A DNA stretch of 63,969 nt, the filler included, from Chrysochromulina tobinii (Eukaryota), in NCBI GenBank assembly GCA_001275005.1. It is 8 parts of 8 records of this genome, joined end to end, with 100 filler letters (N's around TTAATTAATTAA, not from the genome) between each part and the next. Parts side by side here need not be neighbours in the genome. Positions count along the whole stretch, not along the records: positions 1 to 10,943 come from JWZX01000441.1; 7 more parts are not named here. One strand, written 5' to 3'. Made by a program: the position numbers and the translations under genes. Shown here one piece after another: positions 1 through 11,043 of this stretch; positions within the stretch are counted from its first letter, which is position 1, and each line of letters begins with the position of its first letter. The notes under the pieces are model-generated. The model saw nothing but the letters and a program-made list of their open reading frames with translations. It made no database searches and was not told the origin of the DNA.

Positions 1-1151
1 TGGAGGCAGCGGCGGAGGCAAAGGCGCGGGCGGCGGCGCAGCTCACGAGCGATGCAAAGGCGGAGGCTGCGCAGCAGCAAGCACAGGCGCAGGCCAGGCG
101 CAAGGAGCTCGAAGCTGAGGAGAAGCGAGTGGCGCTCGAGTGTGCGCGGAGAAAGGCCGAGGCGGAGAGCGCCGAGGCCAAGGCCACCAAGGAGCGTGAT
201 GAGCTTCGCATCGAGCGCAAAAAGGCCCGCGCCATGCCCGACTACTGGGAGACGCGCATGGCGACCAGTTCGCCGGATGGCTTCGCCGCGATTGCCCTCG
301 ATCACACTGGCCGCGACCGTAGCACGTGGGCCGCACTCGAGCGGCTGCTGCAGACCGACCCAGTGAAGCTGAAACAGAGCGGTGCCGATCGGAGGGGCAC
401 CACGCACGACCGGCTGAAGCTCGCGTGCGCGTGGCGCCTGGAGAACCCGGCGCTGTGGGACAAGTACATGAGCGGCGTGCAGGGTGTGATGAACGACATG
501 AAGCGCATCCGGCAGGGGCGAGTGGCATCCGCGGGCGGCGCGCCGCCTCTTACATGCCGCGTAGCGGACGCCCTACCCGGCGACCTGCGCGTGGACGTCA
601 ATGAGGCCTTCCTGATGCACGGCACGAACGCCGGCGTGCTCATCAACATCCTCTCCACGGGCATGAACGAGCGCTTCGCCGGCACAGCCGCCGGAGCCGC
701 GTACGGCGAGGGCTCCTACCTGGCCGAGGACGCCGGCAAGAATGACCAGTACACCAAGGTGGACCCGCAGTACGATGGGAGCTCGGAGCTGCACAAGCGG
801 CTGTACGCGCACGGCGCGCGCCACCACCCAGGCAAGGTCTTCTACATCCTCGTGTGCCGCGTGGCGCTCGGTCATCACGTGCGAACGCAGCAGAGGATTA
901 CAAAGAAGATGAGAGAGAATAATGAGTCACCCACAATCACCAATACGGGTCGGCCCGTGTTCCCCATCGTTTACCGCGAGCTCGACACGGTGGCCGGCAT
1001 CTCTCCGCCCGTGCTTCACCACTCGCTGCTTGCCGACGTCTCACCACCCGCCCGCTACCGCGAGTTCATCGTCTTCCACTCGGAGTACATCTACCCCGAG
1101 TACCTGCTGGCCTACCAGCGGTACGAGGGCGGCCGTGGGCCGATGGCGTGA
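1..1151 (+). CDS. PARP/ADP-ribosyltransferase catalytic-domain protein with N-terminal coiled coil, 5'-partial
   Basis: FLMHGT, YGEGSYLAE and YREFIVF..IYPEYLLAY motifs (H-Y-E triad); Ala/Glu/Lys-rich helix upstream, apparently running to the window edge. Confidence 0.88.
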   Translation, partial: EAAAEAKARAAAQLTSDAKAEAAQQQAQAQARRKELEAEEKRVALECARRKAEAESAEAKATKERDELRIERKKARAMPDYWETRMATSSPDGFAAIALDHTGRDRSTWAALERLLQTDPVKLKQSGADRRGTTHDRLKLACAWRLENPALWDKYMSGVQGVMNDMKRIRQGRVASAGGAPPLTCRVADALPGDLRVDVNEAFLMHGTNAGVLINILSTGMNERFAGTAAGAAYGEGSYLAEDAGKNDQYTKVDPQYDGSSELHKRLYAHGARHHPGKVFYILVCRVALGHHVRTQQRITKKMRENNESPTITNTGRPVFPIVYRELDTVAGISPPVLHHSLLADVSPPARYREFIVFHSEYIYPEYLLAYQRYEGGRGPMA

Positions 1152-1904
1152 GTGTGCCGATGGCGTGAGTGTGCCGAGTGAGTGTGGGCGCGCTAAAGTG
1201 TGCAGTATCTGGAACTGATCATGAACGCGCGGTGGTATGTGAGAGTTCTTCGAACCCGCGGCCCGATCGCATGAGTCTTTGCGAGCGTGTGTGCGGGATC
1301 CCGGCCGGATGCGGAGTGTGCGGAGTGTGAGACTGAGGCGGTGTGATACTGAGGCGATGTGATATACTGAGGCGGGGCGCGGAGACTGAGGTGGCGGCGG
1401 CCCGGCGCCGTTCTCAGTCCGGGGCTCGGGGTGCCTTCCGAACTGGGTAGTCTGCTGAGTACATGCAACGATGACGTTGGTCGACGGTGTGGAGAAGATC
1501 TTCATGGGGGTCGGGTTGTCGTGTCGTCGCGTCGTTCAATAAAATGTCGAACGTATGTGCGCCCAGCGCCGCCCGCGGTCGGTGATGGCCGTCATGTGTC
1601 GCGTTTCGGGTCGCGTTTGCCACACAGTGACTGCACAGTGATTGGCTAACTTATCTTCGGCTCAGCTATCCAGCTGCTCGGCTGGGACCATCCGCCGCTT
1701 CCGCCCCTCACCCCTTCATTGAGGGGCACACGGGACGGAAACGGGACGGTTCCAACTTCCATGGCGATCACATGGCGACAGGCCGGTATGGTTTTAATGT
1801 CAAGTTGTCAAGACATCCAACTGAACCAACGCACCAAGTCATAAAGGAGCCTCGCGGAAGAACATGTGATTACGATGAAAATCGGATGATCGACACCGCC
1901 GTGT

Positions 1905-3035
1905 TTGTTTCACATCGCACAGGTCTTGAAGCCCTACAAAGGTTCAATGACGATACCGATGCAGACAACGCAGTCCGCCCCTTGCTCAAGACTTAACGTG
2001 GCTCGGCATGGAGGATTGCTTGGACTCATGTTGACATCGAGCTCAGAATGGGTAATCCGCCCATGGCTGTACCGGCACATAGCAATCTTTGACCGTCTCG
2101 CCATCTGGGATGGAAGTAAAGCGGGATCGCCTGCGGCTGCTTGGACTGCTGCGCAGTGCAAGCTGTATGCGAACTGTGTATATGCAAACGAGGCCGATGT
2201 ATTCAACTGGCGAATCCAGGGCTGGAAGACAGACCAGACGATACGGGCTGCAGCAACGCAAGTACTGCTTTGTGGTGCTAAGTCCCAAGTGTTGGAGGGG
2301 CGATGGATCTACATTGCGCACCCGGACGAATTTTTGGTGCAGGATCTGAGGATACTCGTCTCCCACGTGGAACGTCTCAGCCCATTAGCAAATGCCATCG
2401 AATTCAAGATGCTCTACGCCCTTCCCAGCTCCGGCGAGCGCTCAGGAATTCGTGAGTTCCAAGCCGCATCGAACGGCTACCAGAGCTTTGAGCCGATCGT
2501 ATCATTGGCATCTTGCGACGCAGGATACATCTGGCACGAGGCCCGGCTCTTCCGCTGGGAGGCCGGCGTGGAATGGGGCCAATCTCGAAGCAAGACCGGC
2601 ATCATTCCCGAAAAGGGCTCAAGTAATGGATGGAAGTACTGGCCGACTGCTGCACATTTTGATCGCACAACACGACACAGTCTTGCCCCACACATCGTGC
2701 ACTTCAAGGTGCATGACTTTGCTCCCGGCGCATTTAAGGTGGAGAAATCAAAAAATAAAGGCAGGCCATGGATTTCCTTTACCAGGAGCGGTCTACACAC
2801 TGGCATGGGCACTCATAGGACTCAAAAGTTCATTATTGATTGGAATCAGTCGGCGGAGGACCAGATATTTGGGTACTATAATCGAACTGGACATCGAGCT
2901 ACACCTGTGGCAACTGAGCTGCAAGCTCGCTGCAATGCCACGGGGCTCGAGCCACGATGCAGCGTCGAATGGCAGCCACAGGCACGGTTCTCTCCTAGTT
3001 CACCGACGAAGAAAGTTGCTGGGGACACATTTTAG
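1905..3035 (+). CDS. Putative GT-A fold (GT2-like) glycosyltransferase; start uncertain
   Basis: WLYRH..FD.LAIWDGS and WIYIAHPDEF (DxD-like) motifs; 376-codon ORF, more AT-rich than its neighbours. Confidence 0.55.
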   Translation: MFHIAQVLKPYKGSMTIPMQTTQSAPCSRLNVARHGGLLGLMLTSSSEWVIRPWLYRHIAIFDRLAIWDGSKAGSPAAAWTAAQCKLYANCVYANEADVFNWRIQGWKTDQTIRAAATQVLLCGAKSQVLEGRWIYIAHPDEFLVQDLRILVSHVERLSPLANAIEFKMLYALPSSGERSGIREFQAASNGYQSFEPIVSLASCDAGYIWHEARLFRWEAGVEWGQSRSKTGIIPEKGSSNGWKYWPTAAHFDRTTRHSLAPHIVHFKVHDFAPGAFKVEKSKNKGRPWISFTRSGLHTGMGTHRTQKFIIDWNQSAEDQIFGYYNRTGHRATPVATELQARCNATGLEPRCSVEWQPQARFSPSSPTKKVAGDTF

Positions 3036-3339
3036 ACCCCGGTCACGTTCTTCAGTTTTGCTCACCGGGACGGTGTGGATGATGTTGTGCACGAAGCGCG
3101 CGCGCGCTCCCGCGTACGGCGATCGAACGTTTCGGCCCCGCCGCCAGCAGTCCACCCCCCCTCCACCCACTCACCTGTCTCCTCGTCGCCCGCCTCCCGC
3201 CCTCCGGAAACCGACGTTACAAGTGAACCGTGCACGTCACGCCATCCTTCGTGCTCGCCTTCGTGCTTCGATCCAGAAGCCCCCGGGCATATCATAACAT
3301 AAGCGTATTTTTTGTACGAGTAGACAATATGTTTCGAGA

Positions 3340-4656
3340 CTATCTCTTCGGCTTCTTCGGCGCCACCGCCGCCGGCGCCGGCGCTGGTGCGAACGCCGCA
3401 TGCGCCGCTCTGAGCTCCGCGGCGGCGGCGGCGGCCGCAGCGGCCGCTGCCTCGGCAATTTCCCTCTGGCGTTCACGCTCGCGTGCGTGCTCGCGGCTGG
3501 CAGAGATGGCGCGCAGCCGCTGTACGCGCTTCGCTTCCTGCGAGCTCTCCACATCGAGATCGTGAATCACAGTCTCCGCGTGCGAGAGCTCCATATCGCA
3601 TGAGTACCAGTCATGCTCGGCGGTATGCACAAGCTCCTCGAGGTCCGTGCTCATGCGCACGAAGCTGCTGCTGAGCTCGGGCGGCGAGATCTCATGGATG
3701 CTAAAGTCGGAGGGCACAAGCAGGTTGACCATCTCGTGGCTGAACGCGCGCTCCGGGGACCAGGTTTCCCCCTTGCCCTTGCGCAACGAGTTCTCGATGT
3801 TCATCGAGGCGCGCAGCATCTCCATCTTCGCCCTTTCGAGGCGCAGCAGCTCCTCCGTCTCGTGCAGCACGTCCTCGGCCTCGGCGCACGCGCGCATCTG
3901 ATCCTCGAGTCGTCGACGGCACGCGTGACGTATCCGATCCGCTTGCTCGGCCTCGCGCTGCCGATGCACCTTGTCGTTGAGATCGATCTGCGCGAGGGCG
4001 TCGAGCCCGACGTCCTCGGCCTGCTGCCAGAGTTGCGTGAGCAGGCGGCGCGTTCGCAGCGGGATGACGGGCGTCGTGGCGAGCACCTTTGCCATGCACT
4101 CGCCGAGCACCTGCAGCCGTCGCCGCCTCGCCTCGAGCTGCCGCGCCAGCTTCTGCTCGGAGAGTGCGCCGCTCGGGACCTCGCGCCGTGCGCGCGCTCG
4201 CAGCTCGTGCAGCTGGCGCAGGATGCGCTTGCGCTGCGGCAGATCGACGACGCCGAGCACGCGCAGGTCGAGCTCGTCTAGCGTGGTGAGCTCTACGCCG
4301 CTGATGCCCTGCGCCCGCAGCGCCTCCACCTGCTCCGCGTCAAAGCGCACCGTCGTGCGCAGCCACTCGGACACGTCGTCCACCGACCAGCTCGCGAGAT
4401 CCACGGATGCCCCGGTTTGCGGGGCCTTGGTGGCATCCTGCAGAACCTTCTCGTCGAGGGCCTGCTGTGCGAGCCGGCGGGCCACCCAATTGCCGACCGC
4501 CGCGCTGTCGTCGGAGCGTCCGCCTGCGCTTGACTCGAGAAGCGCTGGCGACGATGGCACGCCGTGCAGCGCAGACGTCGAGGCCATCGCCTCCGCTTTG
4601 TCGAGGGCTGCGCGGAGCGCGCGCATGAGAGGGGCTTTTGCAAGTGGCCGGATCAC
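3340..4656 (-). CDS. SAM-domain coiled-coil protein
   Basis: WSVDDVSEWL...GISGVELTTLDELDLRVLGV..LPQRKRIL is a canonical SAM domain. Confidence 0.8.
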   Translation of the reverse strand: MIRPLAKAPLMRALRAALDKAEAMASTSALHGVPSSPALLESSAGGRSDDSAAVGNWVARRLAQQALDEKVLQDATKAPQTGASVDLASWSVDDVSEWLRTTVRFDAEQVEALRAQGISGVELTTLDELDLRVLGVVDLPQRKRILRQLHELRARARREVPSGALSEQKLARQLEARRRRLQVLGECMAKVLATTPVIPLRTRRLLTQLWQQAEDVGLDALAQIDLNDKVHRQREAEQADRIRHACRRRLEDQMRACAEAEDVLHETEELLRLERAKMEMLRASMNIENSLRKGKGETWSPERAFSHEMVNLLVPSDFSIHEISPPELSSSFVRMSTDLEELVHTAEHDWYSCDMELSHAETVIHDLDVESSQEAKRVQRLRAISASREHARERERQREIAEAAAAAAAAAAAELRAAHAAFAPAPAPAAVAPKKPKR

Positions 4657-4862
4657 GCTTCAACCGTTACGGATTTCGCGTCGTCATGAGCGTTCACATG
4701 AATCGCTGCCCAATGGCGAGAGTGCAATCGCCATATCGCAATTAGCCGGCTTGCGCGCTGCGTACCGCCAGAACGAAAAGAGCGTTGAGACTGAGCACAC
4801 AACTGTATCAAGAACAAGCCAAGGACCAACAAGATTTCCCCTGGCTGGCTCTGCGCGGGTTC

Positions 4863-6080
4863 TCACTCAGGCTTCACGATACCGAGCATGCATGCGGGCG
4901 CGGGCTCCTCCGCGGTCGGGTCCCACGGCACGAGGACCGAGAGCGCGGACGATTCATGGCCGGTCTCCACGTGGTGCCAGTGGTAGGGCGGCGTGTACAG
5001 CACATCGCCCGGCCGCACCTCCGCGTGCCACGCGGCCGCCTCCGCCGCCGACATGATAGTCTCCGGCATGGTAGTCTCCGCGCCCACGACGGCGCTCGCA
5101 AGTCCTCCCTCGCCCACTACGGCGCTCGCAAGTCCTCCCTCGCCCACGACGGCGCTCGCAAGTCCTCCCTCGCCCACGACGGCGCTCGCAAGTCCTCCCT
5201 CGCCCACGACGGCGCTCGCGAGTCCTCCCTCGCCCACGACGGCGCTCGCAAGTCCTCCCTCGCCCGCCTCCGCCGCGCCGAGCGCGCGCTGCCGCTTGGC
5301 GTCGCGCCACGTGTCGATCTGCTCGGAGAGCTGTGCCGCCTGCTCAATGTCTTGCAGGAGGGCCTCACCGAGCTCCATTCCGTGGGAGGCGTCGCGAGGG
5401 AAAAGGCATCGAAAGGTCTCCGGCGGGTAGTAGGTGAAGTGCTTCGTGCCAAGGACGCCGACGAGGAAGCCGTGGCACAGGTCGTAGTGAAGCGGCGTGA
5501 CGCACCCAGTACTCCCGAGCCACACGCCACACTTGGCCACGTTGAAGCTGTGCGCGCCGGGCGCGCCGCCCACGAGCAACTCGAGCGCCTCGAGCGCGAC
5601 CTCCTCACGCAACCCATCCTCGAGCCGCGCGCGCGCGTAGAGCCGCTCACCGGGCGGCAGGCCGCCCGGCGTGAAGAGCCGCTCGGCCACGTGGCCAAAC
5701 GGGCCCCAATAGTGCTCGCATGTCCTCTTCAGAAAGTGCCTGCCGTCGGGCGATCGAAGCACAAGGATGTCCTTGTCATGCAGCGAGCTGAGATGCTCAA
5801 CATTGCCCCAGCGGGCGAGCGCCGCCCAGTCGTTGGCGAGGCCGCGAAGAATCACTGGACGCTTGTGCTTGTAGCGCTCCACAAACTCGCTGTGCGTAAG
5901 GTCGGCCCTGACATCCACATGCTGCCGCTGCCGGATTGGTGGCAGCTGCGGCGGTGAAGCAGAGGCGGCTGCGGCGAAACACGCCTTGCAGCGCCCGAGT
6001 CCAGGGCCTTTCTTCCACTGAGCCGTGTTGTACCCGCTCTTCGGCTGGTCGCCGCCGCAGGCGAGGCACTGGTGGCCCAT
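4863..6080 (-). CDS. JmjC/cupin-8 2-oxoglutarate-Fe(II) oxygenase with N-terminal Cys4 (Stc1-like) zinc finger
   Basis: RPVILRG..WAALARW, TPLHYD, GTKHF, PGDVLYTPPYHWHHVET; N-terminal CxxC...QW...RCxxC. Confidence 0.88.
   Translation of the reverse strand: MGHQCLACGGDQPKSGYNTAQWKKGPGLGRCKACFAAAASASPPQLPPIRQRQHVDVRADLTHSEFVERYKHKRPVILRGLANDWAALARWGNVEHLSSLHDKDILVLRSPDGRHFLKRTCEHYWGPFGHVAERLFTPGGLPPGERLYARARLEDGLREEVALEALELLVGGAPGAHSFNVAKCGVWLGSTGCVTPLHYDLCHGFLVGVLGTKHFTYYPPETFRCLFPRDASHGMELGEALLQDIEQAAQLSEQIDTWRDAKRQRALGAAEAGEGGLASAVVGEGGLASAVVGEGGLASAVVGEGGLASAVVGEGGLASAVVGEGGLASAVVGAETTMPETIMSAAEAAAWHAEVRPGDVLYTPPYHWHHVETGHESSALSVLVPWDPTAEEPAPACMLGIVKPE
5081..5265. repeat. Coding 30-nt tandem repeat x6 (GEGGLASAVV)
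   Basis: cgcccacgacggcgctcgcaagtcctccct units start at 5081, 5111, 5141, 5171, 5201 and 5231. Confidence 0.95.
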
Positions 6081-6268
6081 TGTCTCGGACCGCCGAACCG
6101 GCCCTTCATGGCCTCTTTCTCAGCTGGTCTGTTTATTTATAGCTCACAGTACGAAAGTTGAACAAAAGCGAGCAACGTGGTCCGTGGCCGTTCGGCGTGT
6201 TCCTTCGCGTGTTCAGGTTCCTATGGTATTATAAATGAAGCTGACGCGACGGCGGCATGGGTTGGAAG

Positions 6269-8813
6269 TCAAAAGATGGAATAAAAGTCGCTCCCGTCGA
6301 AGTCGAGCGGGCGTTGCACCGTGACGCACTTGGCCGCATGGTAGCGCAGGTGGGCTCCGTGCGCGGCGCGCGCGCACGTGGCGCTGCAATAGCACGCGAG
6401 ACGGCAGTAGCGGCAACGACGTAGCTGGGCGCCGCCACTGGGCGTGCCACTGGGAGGGCCGGCGCGAGCGCCGCCACCGGCCGAGGGCGCGAGGGCGGCG
6501 GCCGCTCCGCAGTGATCGCACGAGAGTATCGGATGGAGCGTGGGCGCCGTCGCGAGCGGTGTCGCGCGCCGGTGCCAAACGGTCAGATCTTCCATGGTGT
6601 CTCCCCAGCACGGGAGCGGCAGACGCATGCGAAGCTCCCATCCCGTCGCCAAGCTCGCCTCGAAGGTCGCATCACCAGTGTCGCCGCGCCACTCACCCAC
6701 ATGGACGAGGGTACTGCCCCCGAAGTGCTCAAGGCACTCGCGTGCCATCGGCCGGCCGTTGGGCGGGTAGCACAGGAAGAGGGTGTGTTGGCGCCAGCGT
6801 GTCTCCGCAAGCAGCTTGGGGCTGCCGGGCAGCACCGTGGTGAACGCGGGGCAGCCTCCATGGAAGGTGTTCTGGGAGGGAGCCTCGCCGCCGCCGCCGC
6901 CGCCCTTGCTGCCGCTGCTGCCGCCGCCCTTGCCGCCGCTCTTGCCGCCGCTCTTGCCGCCATTTTTGCTGCCACAAGCGCCGGTGCCGTCGCCGTCGCC
7001 GCCACTGCCACTCCCGCTCCCGCTCCCTGCGAGCAGCGGCGGCCGCGCGTCGAACGCGCAAGCATCGACGCCGCGCGCTTGGAGCAAGTGCACCCAGTAG
7101 CCGGTGCCTGCCCCCATCTCGATGATGGGCGCATGCTGCGCGAGGAGCGATAGCGCACCCTCGGAGGGCACCGCGAACGCCATCGACCAGCATGGCCATT
7201 GGCGATCCATCTGGCGCCAGCGCTTGACTAGGGGCGGTGCTGGTGGCTCCTTGTCTGCGGCGGACGGTGCCAAAGGCGGGAGCGCGCTGTCGTAAGCGGC
7301 GGGCGCGGCGACGCCGCCTGCATGCATCAGGTCAATGGCTTCGAGGGTACGCTCACGCCACACGCGAAGGAGCGTGTTTGGCGGCGTGCCGGAGGCAGCG
7401 GCAGCGGCAGCGGCAGCGGTGCGGGGGGTAGCCGAGGCGGACGCGGCGGCGGCGGGCGCGGCGGCGGGCGCGGCGTCGGCAGCGGCTGGTGGACTAGGTT
7501 GCTGCAACTCTCTGGCGATGGCAGCCGCCGCGATCGCACACCATCCCTTTCGCACGCGCGCGAGCGCCGCCGCCTCGGCTGCAACCGTCGCCACCGCGCC
7601 CGCCTCTGGCGTCGCCACCGCCCCCGGCACTGTGCCATCGCCGAGGAGTTTGGTAGCTCGCTCCAATTGCTCCGCTTGCCACGTGGCCGTGTGAGAGCGA
7701 GCGAAGAAGGCGGCGGGAGATCGAGTGAGCTCCGCGGGAGATCGAGTGAGCTCGGCGGGAGATCGAGTGAGCTCCGCCATTCCTACAGAAGGGGCCGACG
7801 GCGCTCGAGACGGCGCGGCCGCTGCCGGCGGCTTCTTGGGCGGCGCCGCTGCCGGCGGCTCTGAGCCCATCGGCTGTGAAAGGAGAGCGACGGGCTGTGA
7901 AAGGAGAGGCGCCGCCTCGGGCGCCTCGGTCAGGCCAGTGTACATGATCTCAAAGTAGAGAGCGTCGAGCGCGAGCAGCACGCGGGCCACGTCATGGGCG
8001 CTCGGTACGGCGCGCCGCTCCGCCAACGGCCCGAGCTCGGCGAGGAGTGCTCGACTCGGCGCCTGCAGGTTGCGTGCGACAGCATCGAGGGTGCGTGCGT
8101 CCATGCCCTCCCGGCAAGTGCTCACGAGAGCGTCCAGTGCATGCGTGTACGCCCCGATCGCCTCCGCGCACCCGAGGGGCTCGCGCGCACACAGCAGCAG
8201 CCGACGCGCAGTCAGCAGGGGCAGGCAGAGCTTCTCGAGCCTTCTCTGCAGAGGCGACGGACGCACCGGCGCGCCGTCGCCAGGCACGCCGGCGTTCCCG
8301 CATGCCGCGATCGCGCCATCCTCTGACGCAACGGCCGCTCGATGCCCCGCCTTGCCGGTAGACGCGCCGTAATGGGCACCCGTGCCCTTGGCGGCCGTTC
8401 CGTTGCTCGCGGCGCCGTCGTGAGCGGCCGTTGGTGTTGGCGGCTGTGTGGGACGTTTGGTGGCGCTCGAGACGGCGCTCGAGACTCCGCCGCTGCGGCC
8501 TGCCTTGCCAGCTGCATCGTCGTCGTCGTCGTCGTCGTCGTCATCCTCGTCGTCGTCGTCGTCGTCGACCTCCTCCTCCTCCTCCTCCTCTTCGCCCTCC
8601 TCTTCCTCGCCCTCCTCCTCCTCCTCCTCCTCCAGCTGCTGCCGCGCCGCCTGTGCCGCCTGTGCGGGCGCCGGCGCCATCGGCAGCTGCTGCTTCCGCT
8701 GCTGCTCCTTGAGAATCAGCTCGGCGAGCTTCGAATACACGTCACTGAGCGCCGCACCCTTGGCGCCGGTCGGGCCGCCCTGTCGCATCATCTGCTCGAA
8801 CGCCTCCATCGAC

Positions 8814-8844
<31 letters not shown>

Positions 8845-9385
8845 AGTCCTCGTCGTCCTCGTCCGCCTCCGCCTCCTCGAGCCGTCGTTGCTCTTGGCGT
8901 GCCACCATCTCGTCGAGGGAGACGAGCGCGCGCTCGGGCGAGATGCCCATGCTCGGCCCACCTCGCTTGGGCACGTACTCGGCGACGAGCACCTCCGGGT
9001 TGAAGCGCAGGCGCGGCGTGCGCTTGCTCGCGCCACCCGTCGACCCGCCCGACGGCGGAGACGGCTGCGGCCGCTTGCGAGCCACACGGTCGCTGCCGCG
9101 TTCAGCGCTCACCGATGCGGCGGAGGCGTTGGCCGCGCGGCCGAGCAGATGCACGGCGGCACCGGTCGCACCCTCGCATCGCAGGATTGCCGTGCCTTGC
9201 TGCAGCAAGATGCACACGGCTTGCTGCGGCCGCTCCGCGTTCAGGCTGCAAAGCAGGTGACCATCGAGCAGGAGGCGCACGCTGCCCACAATCGGATCGC
9301 GCAACGCTGCGTGCGAGAGCGCGCAGTCGGCGAGCTCGCGCTCCTCGCCGGCCAAGATCTCGATCGTCGCGAGGCAATGCGCCAT
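6269..9385 (-). CDS. Multidomain protein: nucleoplasmin-like N-terminus, acidic tracts, class I SAM-methyltransferase-like domain, C-terminal MYND zinc finger
   Basis: LLCSL...Q...GAAVHLLG (nucleoplasmin-like); D/E runs; IIEMGAGTGYW, LFLCYPP, HVGEWRGDTG; CDHC...RCRYCRLACYCSATC...H...HAAKC. Confidence 0.72.
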
Positions 9386-9920
9386 TTGGCGACGTGCTTT
9401 TCTTATGAACACCACGTAAACTGTGAATAGGACACACATGGTCTCTTCACAGACTGTGCATAGGCGGTTTCACAGAGGGAGAGCCCCCCAAAAGTTGGCG
9501 GAAACTGTTCTAGTCTATTTAGAGACATACATGTACACCTCTAAATGTGCATCGAACTGCAGACGTGCATGTTCTGCTTCTTTGCTCTCACAGGTCTCAC
9601 TCTCGTAGGTTGCACTCGTTGTATTCCAAGGGGCTGGGAGCCCCTTGTGTATTCATTGAAAATACTCGTGGGCAAAGATGGGCAATCAGAGGCACCACAC
9701 TGAGGGGCACGCGGGACGGTTCGCGCGCACGTGGACGAGGGACAAGGCCCGACTCCCTTCATGGGCTCTTCACAGACTGAGGCTCCCTTTAGGCTGTTTC
9801 ACAGAGGGAGACCCCCCAAAAGTTTGCGGTAGTCAATGCCAAAGGTGGATTGCCCAATGCCCTCGTGGAGCCCGATGGCCTGCTTCGCACACGTTCGGCG
9901 CCTCGGGAGCCAGGCGTTGC

Positions 9921-9989
9921 GGGTGGTATGGGGTGGTATGGGGTGGTATGGGTGGTATGGGGTGGTATGGGGTGGTATGGGGTGGTATA
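9921..9989. repeat. 10-nt minisatellite (GGGGTGGTAT)n
   Basis: About 7 copies read directly from the sequence. Confidence 0.9.
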
Positions 9990-10152
9990 CCACGTCTGCC
10001 GCCGCCACCCGAGCTCAGAGGGCGAGCTGCATGCGCACCAGGACGGAGTGCGCGCTGCCGCCTCTCGAGCGTCACCGCGGAGCCATGCGTGTGCCCCCCC
10101 CGAATGCGCAGGTGTCCGAGCGGGCGAAGGCTTGTAGAGCGCGGCGGACGCG

Positions 10153-10895
10153 ATGAGCGACTCGATGGGCGAGGCCGTGTGGGAGGCCGCAAAGGACGGC
10201 AAGGAGGCGGAGCTCACGCGGCTGATCGGCCTTGGAGGGAACGTCAACTGGCACAATCCTGATTGGGTGCGCCGCCGCATGTGTCTCGCGTGGGCGCCCG
10301 CGTCCTCGCCGCCTCTGCTGCTTTCGCCGCCGCGCTCGCCCGAGACGGCGCCGTGTCCCCACAGCTCGCTGTACCGCGCGCGGCCGCGCTGGCTGCGCCG
10401 CCACCCCGCCGCCCCGCCGAGCTTGGCACACGCGTCCTCGTCGCATGGCGCGCGCCGCACCCCCGCGTGCTCGCCCACGCTCCTCGCGTGCTCTGTGGCA
10501 CTCGATGACGCCGCGTGTGCTTCATTTGCCACAGGACCGATACACAGTTCTCGTAGCGGCCTCAATCTGCGGGCAAGAAGGGTGCGTCCGCCTCCTCCTC
10601 GCGGCCGAGGCGATCGAGGTCAACGCCAAGGTAAGCCTCGAGCATGCCCTCCCCCAGCACATGCGATGGGTCCGCTTCCATGTAGTCATTCCGTTTGGCC
10701 TCTCGTTTGTCTTTAGGGCCGCTTCGATGATACAGCATTGCATTGGGCGGCACGCTACGGCCACCTCGCGATCGCCAAGCGCCTTCTCGAAGGGGGCGCC
10801 GATCCGACGCTTCGAAACAAGTTCGGCAAGACGGCCATCGACTACGCACGGGAGGAGGGCAAGAGCGAGGTCGTGGCGCTCCTCAGCGAGCCTCG
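10153..10895 (+). CDS. Ankyrin-repeat protein, spliced (exons 10153-10266, 10535-10630, 10717-10895), 3'-partial
   Basis: GT-AG introns join AVWEAAKDG / TVLVAASICG / TALHWAARYGH / TAIDYAREEG ankyrin repeats in frame. Confidence 0.85.
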
Positions 10896-10943
10896 GTACG
10901 CCGCGCGCATGCACACTGATTGCCCAGCGCTGCCGAGCGGATG

Positions 10944-11043
10944 NNNNNNNNNNNNNNNNNNNNNNNNNNNNNNNNNNNNNNNNNNNNTTAATTAATTAAN
11001 NNNNNNNNNNNNNNNNNNNNNNNNNNNNNNNNNNNNNNNNNNN
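10944..11043. other. Artificial contig-joining spacer (N run + TTAATTAATTAA + N run); repeated at 22524-22623, 30532-30631, 38716-38815, 50871-50970, 59635-59734 and 62022-62121
   Basis: Seven 100-nt spacers of the same design, each with a six-frame stop core. Confidence 0.98.

Noticed and set aside
1139..1395. Short imperfect repeats after the PARP stop, plus microsatellites at ~36150, ~38343 and a ~24-nt duplication at ~47855
   Set aside because: Ordinary slippage-type repeats with no spacer structure or dispersed family seen in this window
10944..11043. TTAATTAATTAA palindrome in N runs as a biological site
   Set aside because: The same 100-nt six-frame-stop linker occurs seven times and is a concatenation artefact, so gene neighbourhoods across spacers mean nothing
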